From Ginglymostoma cirratum (Eukaryota), in NCBI GenBank assembly GCA_024137785.1, contig JAHRHZ010000046.1, forward strand, positions 31,917,940 to 31,981,939: a stretch of DNA of 64,000 bases. The letters run 5' to 3'. Positions 12,301-24,881 of the stretch are shown piece by piece; position 1 is the first letter of the stretch, and each line of letters opens with the position of its first letter. The notes under the pieces are model-generated. The model saw nothing but the letters and a program-made list of their open reading frames with translations. It had not been told where the DNA came from and did not search any database. The position numbers and the translations under genes are program-made.

Positions 12301-13221
12301 GTTTGAAAATTGGGTGCAGCAGCAATTCACCTACTGCAAAATAGTCATTGGTCATAACACCAGCATGTGGTTTGGTTTGCACTGTGGGGCAGACTGCAGA
12401 CTTTACTGGTTCTGTTTGCGTTTCCTTTTTCCATCAGTAAATAAAGTCTTACATTTGTTCTTGACCAATTGCCTGCTTGTATGTGACGTGTTTCTATTCG
12501 ACACAACAAACCGTAGGTCTACGTTAGGCACTGGGGACAGGAGAGTACTTACTTTGATGGTTTTCAGATGCATATAGGTACAACCAGGTAAACGGAGTAC
12601 AATATCCTTTTTAAGCTGCATGGCTGTCTGCTGATCATGGCATGACTTCTAGTTTGGAGACCCGTGTCGCTGGTAATAAAATTAGAGTCAACACTGACTG
12701 CATGCCATGGTTATTAACAGTGACGATCGTGAGAGAAAGGGGTTGTATACATGAGGAAGTGTTAGCCATGCCAACTGTGTGCCATGACAAGCATGGCTTT
12801 GTGGCTGCTGTGTCAAGATATTGGCAGAGGGGGTAATGCCAGGTTTCCAACACTTGTCTGGGTAAACAATGGTTTTTTCAAAGATGGTGCAGGCACAAAG
12901 GCTGCTAATGTTTTGACAGATATTCCCAAACAATTATGAAGCGGAAATCAGCTTTAAAAGACTATCCCCTGCAGGCCAGACCATCACGTACCAATTCAGC
13001 TGATTTATATGAGCAGTCAGTCCTTTCATTGAGACATCAGATAAAAAAGCCACAGAATGTGAACAAAACTTGCAATTAAACTAATGCTGGCCAGCTACAT
13101 ATGGCAAGTATTTTTCTTGGTTGAAAAAGCATGTTCACTTGGGATGAAGTCTGATTTTGGGGCTCATTGTTCTTTCACTCAAGTTTTCTGATGTCATCAG
13201 AGATCTACAGGACAATAATGC

Positions 13222-13400
13222 GAACTGAAACAAACAGAGAGAATGCTGCAGAAATCTGGCAGTATTTGTGGAAAGAGAAACATGTTTAATGTTTTGTATC
13301 CTGGATGACTCTACTTCAGGACTTGAAACATTAACTCTTTCTCTCTCCACAGATGCTGCCAGGTCTGCTGTGTTTGTCCAGCATTTTCAATATTTTTCTT
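13222..13400. mobile_element. Penelope-derived fold-back (two inverted pLTR halves)
   Basis: gaatgctgcagaaatctggcagtatttgtggaaagagaaa is mirrored by tttctctctccacagatgctgccaggtctgctg. A degenerate hammerhead relic lies at the centre. Confidence 0.6.
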
Positions 13401-13959
13401 TTATTAAGTAAGGGCAAATGTGGTACTCATTATAATCCTACACTTCTATTCGATGGATGTCATTAAAGTGATATCTCCATTTGTACCTATATCAGTCATT
13501 TTCCATATTCCCTTCTTGAATGAATGAAATACTCATGGATTCTTGGATGCTAAGAAAATCAAGGAAAATAGAGATAGAGCAGAAGGAGTTGAGATGGAAA
13601 ATCAGATATGATCTTATTAGCAGTCGGGACCATGTGGCCAACTCATTCGCATTTTCCATGTTATTATGAGCTGTAGGCATCATAAAAATATAAGGGGTGC
13701 ACGCATGCAGATGAATCCACAACTAGGATATTACAAGTTACAGTGGACATCAGTGCAGACTGATGTTAAAAATTTGCCTAGTGAGTTTCACCTACACTAC
13801 ACTTCAGTGAAGTGGAAAATCTGGCAAGGTGACCATTTTATTGTAGTGATGTGGGAAAATTTGATAAATCCTTGATTATGTTCGCATGAAGACATTTGGG
13901 CCGTACTGTCACTTTTGATGTGAAAGGATTAAAAATCCAGCTGCAAGAAAGTGCATTGA

Positions 13960-14400
13960 AGTGCCTTTGGTAGCACTCTGACCTCCTCATTGCAAGGTTC
14001 CAGGTTCAAGTCTCACTCAAGGGCCTGGGCACAAAATCATGGTTGACACTCCAGTGTAGTACTGAGACAGTTTTGTACTGTTGCAGTGTCATCTTTTAGG
14101 TGACATGTTAAAATGAGGGTCCCCTGCTTGTTCGGGTCAATATGAAAAATCCCATGGCATTATTTCCACAAAGACCAGGCGAGTTATCCCCAGTGTTCTG
14201 GCCAATACTTATCTCCCAGCTAAAATCACAGAAACAGATCTCATCATTATCACATTGGGGTTTGTGGGGACTTGCTCTGCATAAGTTATCTTCTATGTTT
14301 TTCTACATTACAATAATAACTGCCCTTCAAAAGTACTTCATTGACTATAAAGCTCTTTGAGGTAGCTGGTGGTTGTCAAAAGCACCACATGAATCCAATT
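13960..14400 (+). mobile_element. Deu-domain SINE (SacSINE1-like)
   Basis: tRNA-like head (ggtagcactct...ggttcaagtctcact), Deu-like core (gtactgag...catcttttaggtgacatgttaaa...aaatcccatggcatta) and family tail. Confidence 0.7.
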
Positions 14401-14699
14401 CTTTGGCTTCTTTCTCCCATTGTGTTAGTATTTCTTCTGGGACCATCAACCATGGCAACATACCAGCCGTGAACTGCTGCTTAGTTCGTCAAACACCACA
14501 AGAAATATCACGCAAAACCATGACATTGTGTGCACTCTTCTTAAAGATTCATGGCACATTTTTCTTGAAAATTAACAGCAAAAAGGGCCAAGTTATCTAG
14601 GCCGAGGTTGCTCCTTGACAGTTTGAGGTTTGTGAGTGAGATCATCTGTAATGGAAGCAGAAAGGGAGAATGGATTCAAACAAAAAATTGTTGCTGCTT

Positions 14700-15250
14700 T
14701 CTTGAATAAGAGTAGCATCAAGAACCACAAAATGAAGGCACCATGGCTGCTACCCGAAAATGTGCCCTGATATGCACAATGATAATTTCTCCAATTGAAG
14801 ATAAATCTTTTCTGTATTGTAAATCTGGATGTTTATATTAAGAGCCCTGATACCAACATAGGTGTCATCAACAATGGCCCCACTGAAAGGAATTCTGTCC
14901 CCAATGACAGCTGTAACACGATGAAACAAAATGATAAAGGTGCCACCTGTTGTAAATACGGCATTTTTCAATTACCTGACACAGCTGTAGACTGCAGCAG
15001 CAGATGTCTCCATGTGTTGGATTGGAAAGAAGCAGAGGCAAGGATGGCTTTGTGCTTTGGCAAGCTTCCATTCGGTGGGAAGAGCTGTCTCTTTTCCAGA
15101 TGCTCCATGTAGGATATCGAACAGCAGATGGTGAAATCCTGTCAGCACCCCCTGTGAAGCAGAGGTGATGAAATCCAGTCTCCTCTAACTTGTTCAGATG
15201 GGTAGTTTTGGAAGAGACAACAAACAGCGTTCAGCACAGCGATGCATCCA
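14700..15250 (-). pseudogene. Decayed PIF/Harbinger transposase, N-terminal two thirds
   Basis: HGDICCCSLQL, GAIVDDTYVGIRA (GAIDCTHV-like) and TFSGSSHGAFILW (PGS.HD-like) in shifted frames. Confidence 0.65.
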
Positions 15251-16749
15251 GACCAAATGTCATTGGGTATCAAAGCACTTGCACGTGCCAGTGTCTCTCA
15301 AATTCTGCTCAATTGTACAGCATATTCCGATCATCAAAAGAGTATATATCTGGAAGGTTTTTTTCACAATCTAGCTTCTTTTCATTTCATATCACCCAAG
15401 ATTTTCTAAATGAAATATTTAGCACAGCTGATCCTCCCAGCACATAATTGTTTTATTGTTGATAGATACTCTTGTAGTAATTAATAAGCATCAATTTTAT
15501 TGCCACTGTAAATGTCAAATTGACAGGTTTATAATTCATTGGATTACCTTTTGAAACCTTAAGTGTCAAATCAAAAATCTTTCTTTCCCATGGGTTTTTT
15601 TATAATCTTTCAGATAGTCTCTCTCACACCTTTCAACACACCCCATATTTCACGACTGCACGGTGACTTTTTCCTGCTGCTCCACATTACACAATGTGTT
15701 TCTGACCTATTATTTTCTACAACTGCTCTCAAACCACGAGCTACAGCTGCCTATTGACCTTCCTTGCCGGGTGTAGCTTGTCCCTGGTCTGTCTGTTGGA
15801 ACTTGGTGACATGTCTCATACTCTCTGCCACCACCTACTGGCATCAAACATCACTTTGTCAAATATCTGTTAAAAACCACAATGAAAAACTTGAGATATG
15901 GAAAAGAGTCACTAATATATTGCTCTTTCTAAAATTCCAGGAGATAGGAAAGCACTGCAACAAGAAAAGCTGCATTTTATGCTATTTTTGTTGCAAATCC
16001 AAACGTCAGTTTATTTCTCTGTATTCATGCAAAAATTGTCACAAACAGATTTAATCAAAATTCGTACTGGGGAAAGTTCACTGAAATCAACTTCAAGACA
16101 TAGCTGCATATAACGCACAGCACAAAAGTGACTCTAGAGTTTACAGCTTCACAATAGCTACACACATTTGGTAGAGATAATCACATTCTGCTAACTAACA
16201 GTGTTGAAGTTTTCAGTCTGGTGATCCCGTTATGACTTTTTGAAATACTGAAGGCTATATGCTGACCTGAAGAGACACATTTACATTCATCAGAACAGAG
16301 ACCTCCCAAGTGAGGGATTAATTCTAGGAAAAAGATCAAAGACATTCGATCATATGTAACCTGCACTCTATTTTCGCAGAAATAACTGCTGGTGGGTACC
16401 AGATCCAGACTTTTTGAAATGTAACCCATTTCCAGTTTTTGGGGCATGTATCCATGTATTGTAAAGCTCCCTGCTGATATTTAGATGAGAATCATTGCCA
16501 CAGAATGAACTCCTTCAGCAAGTTGTGGTATGAGCAGACAGGAAGGACTCTGCAGTAGTGCCATTTAGAGATTTCATCTACTTCAGAAAGGTTGCTACAT
16601 GTTGCTCCTTTTAGGTGACTGGCTAACATCTCGACACTTACTGCCTCTTTTTGGTCCTTTATGACCGATTGATAACTTCTGCTGATAATTTTCTGCTAAT
16701 GTTGGAATTTTCTATCTCAGTCCAAAAAAGCTTGGCCTCAGCTGGTCCT

Positions 16750-17401
16750 GAGAAACACCTGTGGTACTGGAGGATGACGAGGGGAAGCTACTTGGAAGAA
16801 CAGAGAGGGCAAGGAACATCTGGGAGAAAGAGGAGGATGAGTATGACACTCCACAGGAAAGCACAGCTGTATCTTTCTCTCACCTCAGCTTCACATTGGA
16901 GCAATGTCTAAGATACTGTGATTCACTAAAGATGCTGTCAGTGAGCTGTGACACAGTTAGAGCTCTGAACGAGAGCAAAGTCAGTATTACCTGCAGTTGT
17001 CAAAGTCGTTGGGGTCCTTAACATTTATATCCTGTTGTCATTCCAGGCACCAACAGGTGACATCAGAAATATCTCCAAGTTTACTGTCCGCTGTTGTAAA
17101 AATGAGCTGAATGTGGCTTCCAATCTGGGGAACAAAGGCAACATTAAGCTTCAATTGCATTGTAGGCTTCAGAAGGGTCCAAGGTGCTTGTGACTGCACC
17201 CACATGGTTTGCTGGCCCGCTCAACAGCTGTGCAACATTTTTCTGAAAAGGAGAATCTGGCCATCCCTCAATCTCCAACATTTCTGTGACGACAGACAAT
17301 GCAGCATGCAGATCTCTGTCCATTTTCCTGACAGTTATTCATTCGTCCTATACTGTTCTTCTGTGCCACGTTTGTTGCCTGGCCATCAGGGCATATGCTA
17401 A
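16750..17401 (+). pseudogene. Decayed PIF/Harbinger transposase
   Basis: ORF 17111-17401 GFRRVQGACDCTHM...FLKRRIWPSLNLQHFCDD..MQISVHFPDS corresponds to the GFPxVxGAIDCTH, NRKGxHSxNVQxxCD and PGS motifs. Confidence 0.85.
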
Positions 17402-17479
17402 TTCCAGGCTTACATTGTAATGCAATGAGGCTGCAGGCAGGAAGGCGTGAGCAGGAAATGAAAAAGTTAGGAATCTTAC

Positions 17480-17682
17480 CTTGACAAATTTTGGGAGTTC
17501 TTTTTACTTTTTCCCTGTATCACTGCCAAATACTGCAACTGAAGCTGTCTGCATTGATATCCACTGTAACTGCTACCCATTGGTGAGAGAAATATTTCCC
17601 TCAGTGTTTACTGCTTGCTGACCCACCTGGGTTCAGTCATCAGATAGGCAGTGGAGAAGCTTGGGTTCTCATACGCAGCCAT
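17480..17682 (-). pseudogene. Decayed Harbinger Myb/SANT-like gene exon 1, convergent with the transposase
   Basis: MAAYENPSFSTAYL... and WVAVTVDINADSFSCSIWQ*YREKVK, ending at a GTAAG donor. Confidence 0.55.
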
Positions 17683-18096
17683 TTCTTTGTTCAAGTTGTT
17701 CCTTTGCTTCCTACAGCCAGAGTGAACCTTTAAGAAGTAGCTGTTGCCATCAAGTGGTTGTAATAATTCCTACAGCGTCGAGTTGCTAACAAACAGTGAG
17801 TAGGCCTGGGCGAACACCTGACTTATTGGTAAATAACTGATGGCACCAATTTCACATCACTCCTGTCACAAGACATCAAGTGTGTGAGCCTTACCCCATG
17901 TGGCGATTTCCCAGCACAATCAATTTGCTGTGCCATGATTTCTAATTCACACTTCAGTCAAGAATATTGTGTAATGAACTAAATGAACATTTAAGCAGCT
18001 CAGAAAAAAAGTAATGATTGTGCTTTCAAGAGCATTTTATTTTACAAACTGTGAGGGAAATGGTTGCAATGTGATGAAGAAAGCACTGGAGTAATG

Positions 18097-18365
18097 CGCT
18101 GCAACAAGGTGATATATCAACAAAGTGATATATTCTCGTGACAACATACTGAACAAGGTGATATACTGCACCAAGATACTATCGTGAATAAACGTAATAC
18201 ACTACATCAAGTTTATATACTGTACCAAGGTAATATAATGTACAAAGGCAAAACACTGTTAAAAGGTAATAAAATACTGCACCAGGATAATACTTGCATA
18301 CTGAAAAGTAATAGAATTACATAGCAGTTAACAGAATCAAGATAATACCTTGCATCAAGGCAATA
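18097..18365. repeat. Degenerate 18-bp minisatellite (about 12-14 units, consensus tactgcaccaaggtaata)
   Basis: Units include tactgcaccaagatacta, cactacatcaagtttata, tactgtaccaaggtaata, cactgttaaaaggtaata and tactgcaccaggataata. Confidence 0.7.
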
Positions 18366-18385
18366 AACCGTTCCCATTTAATATG

Positions 18386-18502
18386 AAACTGCAGATGCTG
18401 AAGACCTAAAACAAAAGCAGAGGATGCTGGAGAAACTCAGCACATCTGTGGACAAAGAAATAGAGTTAATGTTTCGAGTCCAGTGACTAGGACCGGATCA
18501 AA
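18386..18502 (-). mobile_element. Penelope-derived pLTR fragment
   Basis: gatgctggagaaactcagc...gagttaatgtttcgagtccagtgact. Flanked by a possible TSD ttaatatg (18378-18385, 18503-18510). Confidence 0.55.
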
Positions 18503-19392
18503 TTAATATGTTGCTTGGAGACCAGGAAACTTGTCAGGCATCAGTCATGTTTCAAGTGAGAGAATATGCAAACAAAGAAATAAACTTTGTGTTACTTGCA
18601 TCTGCTCACACAGACAACATCAGAAAGCTTACCCTGTATCGATACATTTCCACTTTATCTAAAACGTGTATAACACCACACGCATCAATTGTGACAACCT
18701 GTGACACAAAAGCAAGACAGTAAAAGAAATTTGTAATTTCTTCAGAATATCAGTGGAATTTGTGATTGTTTTTAATTGTTTGAAAATTACTTCAATAAGT
18801 TATCAGCAATTGCAAAGAGAGAAATTTTAATTTCCTTGGTTAAGAATAAATACTGGTTTATAGTACCAACAGAAAGGAAGTGACAAAAGAAGCTGGGTAG
18901 CTAGCATGTAAAAAAGAGAATAACAAGCAGAGTGGCTGAAAGATGACAGCAATCACTGCACAAATGCAGACACAAAAAGAAAGCAGACAGAGACAGGAAA
19001 AGGAACACAGAAATTCATGTGAGTAAAAGAATGGAATCAATCTCTGCAAAAGGTCAGTCTTTCCATAGATAGAAAAGGGGACAGGATCTCACGGAGACAT
19101 AGTGCAAGCTAGCTCAAAAGTGTCTGAAACCTGGAAAGCTGTCCGTACATTTCAGAGATAATAAAGAACTCGGTGCTTTCCTAGAGGCAGCCAAACAAAA
19201 ATGCAGGGGTTTTATTGGTTGGTCAGCTGGAAAGGAACACTGGAAGCCAATGCCATAAGCACTGTCAATGACACAATGGCAGAGGGTTTGCCTTGAATGT
19301 GCCTTGCTGATGGTAATCCTTCCCTTGAAACTCTGAAGGTGAACACAGTCATCAGACAGGATACATGACCTACCCTGTGTGAATTAAGAACA

Positions 19393-19575
19393 GGAGTGGC
19401 ATGGTGGCTCAGGTGGATTGGCAATGCTAAATTGCCCGTAGTGTTCAGGGATGTTTAGCTTAGGTGGGTGAAAGGGGGATGGGTCTGGGTGGGATGCTCC
19501 AAGGGTCAGTGTGGGCTTGTTGGGCCAAAGGGCTTGTTTCCACATTGTAGGGATTCTATAATCTATGAATATCTA
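19393..19575 (+). mobile_element. HE1-type SINE with internal deletion
   Basis: The 5' end ggcatggtggctcag is joined directly to gtggattggc...gggattctat, compared with the full copy at 41697-41991. Confidence 0.75.
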
Positions 19576-19899
19576 TACAGTGTATTGTGAAACTGTGTAG
19601 ACATGCAGTGTCACAACTATGTGGGGAGTTATGGAAGCACTTGTGTTTGCCTAAGGTGTAAATTTGTTAAATTGACTATTTAAAAGTGAAATTTAAATTT
19701 TTATTTGAAATATAATTTGCCTGTAATTTATATTTAATTTGCATTGGTTTTGATTTGTGTTGAAGCAAAAGCTACAAAGTGTGGAATCTTGCTGCCTATT
19801 TTCCTGAATAGGATGGTGAATGGGAGGCAGCCGATTGAGGCTATGGCCTTGGAAGATTGCTGAGTCAGACTCGTACCAGCAAGTGGGAGTTCAAGCCCT

Positions 19900-20340
19900 G
19901 CATTCAGTCCTAGTGTACCCTCTCATCACTGTACCCCTCTGCTGCAGTGAGACCTGGATGGTGTACCAGTGGCAAATCTGAGCGCTAGAGAAATTTCAGT
20001 GTGAACAGATTCCAGCATGTCCTTCTTGAAGCTAACTGTACAAGCTTTCAGTCCAAATACTTGCAAAACCAATGGACTGGGCACTGTGTCCTGACGGCTG
20101 AAAAGGTCTTTCCTCCTATGTCCTGTTTCTCAACTCGCGAATAGCCAATGTTCCAGGAGAGGAACAAAGAAAATGCTACAAAGACTCACTGAAGTTCTCA
20201 TTGAAGTGTGGTAGCACTGACATCAATGGCTAGGAGGACGTAGCTCCCAATCGTTTAAATTCGTGACAATCTGCCAATCAAGCTGCACCTCACTGAGTTG
20301 AATTAATGAGGCAGAGTGGCAGCACAGAAAAAAGGAATTG
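19900..20340 (+). mobile_element. RTE-clade LINE 3' fragment
   Basis: QWTGHCV, SQLANSQCSRRG and QRKCYKDSLKFSLKCG..W/*EDVAPNR match the RTE ORF C-terminus pattern. Confidence 0.65.
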
Positions 20341-20699
20341 GTAGTTAATCCTGTGTTGAAGGAGCCACTCACAGCAGGCCCCTTGTTCTAAAGGAAAACT
20401 TTGCAAAATGCTCATCTTAAAGATGAATAAAAATCGTGCTCAAAATGCTACCATCAACCCCTTTTGTAGTAAGGTTGTACCTGTATAAAGGTTATGAATA
20501 CTAAGTAATGAAGGATGACCAGGTGGAAGTCTTGGTAGAAAGGTTGAATCTTGAGTAGGAAATTAGCAGTTTACAGTATTGTAAACTAGAAAACTACATA
20601 ACAAGGTAAGTAATGTTGAATCTCCGACAAAATTGTAGCTCAGTCTAAGATAAATGATTACAGATTTTAGGGTCTACCTTTTATTTTCTATTCAGTTTT

Positions 20700-21510
20700 T
20701 TTGTAGGATGTAGGCGTCGCTGGATGGCCAGCATTTCTTGCCCATCCCTAGTTGCCCTTGAGAAGGTGGTGGTGAGCTGCCTTCTTGAACCGCTGCAGTC
20801 CACCTGCTGCAGGTTTACCCACAATGCCAATAGGGAGGGAATTCCAGAATTTTGACCCAGTGACACTGAAGGAATGGCAATGGATTTCCAAGTCAGGATG
20901 GTGAGTGGGTTGGAGGGAAACTTGGAGATGGTGATATTCCCTATGTCTGCTGCCTGTGTCCCTCTAGATGGAAGTGGTTGTGGGTTTGGAAGGTGCTGTC
21001 TGAGGATCTTTGGTGAATTTCTGCTGCGCGTCTTGTAGATAGTATACACTGCAGCTACTCAGCGTTGGTGATGGAGAGAGTGGATGCTTGTGGATGTTGT
21101 GCCAATTAAGTAGGCTGCTTCGTCCTGGGTGGTATCAAGCTTCTTGAGTGTTGTTGGGGCTGCAGTTATCCAGGAAAGTGGGGAGTATTCCATCACACTC
21201 CTGACTTGTACCTTGGTGGACAGGCTTTGAGGAGTCAGGAGGTGAATTACTTGACACAGTATTCCTGGCTTCTGACCTGCTCTTGTAGCCATTGCGTTCA
21301 AGTGGTGAGCGCATTCGAGTTTCTGGTCAATGATAACCCCCAGTATGGTGATAATGGGGGGATTCAGTGATGGTAACACCATTGAATGTCAAGGCCTGGT
21401 GGTTAGATTGTCTCTTATTGGTGATGGTTATAGCCTGGCATTTGAGTGGCGTGAATGTCACTTGCCACTTGTCAGCCCAAGCTTGGATATTGTCTAGATC
21501 CTGCTGCACC
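20700..21510 (-). mobile_element. LINE (CR1/L2 group) 3' portion
   Basis: MQQDLDNIQAWADKWQVTF and ILGVIIDQKL...QVRSVMEYSPLSW..LKKLDTTQ form the RT thumb region. The 3' UTR ends near 20700. Confidence 0.85.
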
Positions 21511-23299
21511 TGCAGACCGAAGCAGATTCACTATCCACCCAGAGGCAATCACCCATATATTCATGGAGAGAGCTATTCCAAAGCTTTCCAGTTAACCCTT
21601 TCAAAGCAATTTCCTTATGCAACATCTTACTGTCTAGATCTCACCAGCTTATGGAATACCCTGCTCCATGTGCCCAAAGGCCTGAGAGTTAAAGGCTGGC
21701 CTGTTCATCTGCCACATGAAGATCCATGATACAAACTCATCACCCTGAGGAGACATCACCTTTAAATCAAGAATAGTTAAAGGCACCTTAACCTCAATGT
21801 CTTTATGACGTTTAGAAAAATTGAACTTCATTTTCCTCAAAGCTGAAATCTTTCTACTACACACATTGTTTTTTTGAAATGGCAGCTTAGCCCACTTGCT
21901 GATATGAGACAAGAAAATTGTGATGTTAAGCCTCACTCCAAGGTGACCACCTCATCTTGGCTGCCATTTATGTGCAATGCTGAGGGAGTACTGGTTAGTT
22001 TGACATGCCTCTATTTCAATGAGATGTTAAGCAAAGCTCTCATCTGCCTTACATAACACTTCTATTAGATGCTGTAAATCTCATATCATCACTTAAAGAG
22101 CTAAAATGTTGCTAGTTCAAATCTCTCTTGGAACTAGATTGACTTAAAATCAGTGGAATTGAAGTTAGACAAATATTTATACACATTTCAATAACTACTC
22201 TTTCTTTACCTCCTCCTTCACCAACAGATAGCTTTTGTGATAAATAAAAAGTTCTAAATTTATTGATGATATTTTTTATAGTCTGTTCCAATTTGAGAAG
22301 GAAAGATTCCCGCTAAGTGCAAATTACCAATGTTTTCCTCCTGAAACTTGAACTTGCCTTTGTGCAAATTTTCTCTTAAATTAATCCCACTCGCTGAACA
22401 AGCTACCTTAAACATTGCATTGCAAGCTTGCTGCTCTAGTGATTGGCTGAGTGCTCACTGTGTGGCAGTGGAATGTCAAGGACAAGAATATTAAACCAGT
22501 GGCATCCAAAGATCGCTTGTTTCCTCAAGCAAAACAGATAAACACAATTTCCAGCTGAAAGGATTACAAAAATCCATGTGGATTGTAGTTTTTAATTTAT
22601 AAAGAAAGAATGAGGCTGAGAAGTAACAAAAATAATGAATAATGCATCATCGTGTAGGAGATAAATGTTCACTGTCAAGCTACTGGAACATACAGTAGGT
22701 ATTTCAAAAGGTCGAACCAATGTTAGTCACATAGAAATTAAGAACATTGCATTAAACAGACCATGCAATATTCAAGAAGATAAAACAGTCAACTTGTACC
22801 TTCAACCAATGTAAGCGTGGATAATAGAACATTTTTGAGGCATTGCTAATTATTTTAATGATAAAACATTAAAAGATGTAAACATTGCAAATGATTATGT
22901 TTAAAATACAAACAAATAGCATTTACCTAACAGTCAAGCAAAACATTATTTTTCATATACAACTATTTGGAATTATATATTTGTCAGTAAAACAATGAAT
23001 AAAGGAAAAATTAACCCAAGGATGAGCACTGCAGAAGGGGGAGAAAAAAAACAAAGCAATTTCATGAAAAGGGATCTGACTACATAAACACTTACTTAAG
23101 TTTCCATGGCAGCTCATCATGCCTAAAAAGGATTGAAAGTAACTCTTCTAAGGTTGAATACAAAAGAGATCTTATGTAAATGTAATTTCAGTAGAAATTG
23201 TCTATTCAGAACACAGGTAAATATAGATGCAAACATTCATTTGGCCCATTTTAAAATCACCTGTCTAGAATACCTGGAATTAGTATTAGTATTACATAA

Positions 23300-24000
23300 C
23301 TTTACAAATTATTTACAGCTCAGAAATAAACAATCCAATCCAAAAAGTCCATACCAGTTTTTACATTCCATGCAAGGTCCTCCCTCACCCACCCATGCCA
23401 TTTCAACTAAATCCATTGTCATATCCTTATATTCCTTTTTTTCCCATGTGCTTATCTAGGTTTCCTTTGAAAGAGTCAATGCCATTTTCTTCAAGTTTTC
23501 TTTGCTGTAGTGATTTTTACTCTATCACTCTCTGGGTAAAGGAGAATCTCCTGAATTCCCCGATGATTTTATTAGAGTTTATCTTATATTTATAGTCCGA
23601 ATTCCAGTCTCGCCCATAGCTAGAAACTCTGTTCTGGGCTACATCTTATCAAACTATTTCATAATGTTGAAGTTCTCTACGAAATGGATCACTCAGTTTT
23701 CTTTTCTAGAAGAAAGAGCATCAGCCTTTCCAATCATTCTTGAGAGATATAACATGTAAATTCTGAGATTATTGCAGTTTTTTTGTACCTTCTCCTCTAC
23801 TTCTTTATTCCAATTGAGTTCTAACCAAGGTTCATATATATTTAATGGTACTCCACAGGTTTTCAATTGTATGCCTCTTAAAAATGAGCCCCAGTTGCTT
23901 TGTTTGCTATTCGTATGGCTTTAATAAGATTGATTCCTCCTTCAACTGATAGTGTGTCTAAATCGCAAAGATTTCATTTTCCTCTACCCATTGTATCTTG
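23300..24000 (-). mobile_element. Highly decayed CR1-type LINE 3' fragment
   Basis: Resembles the reverse-strand CR1 3' regions at 29260 and 37855. Confidence 0.5.
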
Positions 24001-24115
24001 TGTTATAAAGTAGAGGTTGGCTATGCCCACCTCCCCCACTCCCAAGAACAAAACCCAAAACACCCAAAGAACAGCACTTTATCCTATAATATATTAGAAG
24101 GAGGATGAAAAGGGG

Positions 24116-24881
24116 TGTAACCTGTCTTGCAGCAACTTCTAGTGGTTAAATCAAATAAATCCCTGCCATTCACTTTACAATCAACAAGTAACAATTTATT
24201 TATCTAACTCTAACAGTGAACAAAATAACTAAACTATTAACAAACTGAACAAATTCTTTCTAACTACTAACTATTCCTGAATAATCTAAGATTCTAATGG
24301 TATGCTGTTCCAATGAATACAAGTGCCATTTAAATAACAAAACAATAGAATTTAGTCTCTCAAAATTACAGCTAGGTATGATCTGTGTCTTCTCCATCAA
24401 TTCTTCTGTCAGGAATGCTTTCTCTGTCAATTCTTATGTCAGGAATCTTCGCTAGGAGTGTCGAGGTACCATTTTGAATAGATGGTGTTTTCTCTACGAG
24501 CGGAGAGCTTTTATCGCTACCAGATGGCAGTTAGCTCTGCCAATTTTCCAACTGCCACCTTCTTTATACCCCGATGACATATCAATTTCTTACAATCAGA
24601 TTGGTCCTAGGTTGTCTAAACCAACAGACTCAAATTTGATAGATTTTTGGTATCTATGTGCTTGGTTCAAATTGATTGGCTAAATTCAACAACCTGTCAT
24701 CTTGGTTAAAGTGCTGCTTGGCCTGCTAACGGTATGGCCTTTCAATATAACTGTTTCAATTCAGGTGCCCTCTGTACTTGGAAACTTTCAAGCTGCTCAT
24801 AGACATCTCCAAGCATAGTAAAAGCACAACCTTTTAAAAGAGACCTCGCAATGCTCTCCCCACCCATCCTAGCATTTTACA
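24116..24881 (-). mobile_element. Solo LTR-like element
   Basis: TG...CA ends (tgtaac...ttttaca). Minus strand carries TATA-like (tataaa) and AATAAA signals. A 30-bp internal tandem duplication lies near 24397-24450. Confidence 0.55.

Noticed and set aside
18097-18365. CRISPR-like array
   Set aside because: The units are contiguous degenerate tandem repeats with no unique spacers and no cas genes, in a vertebrate context.
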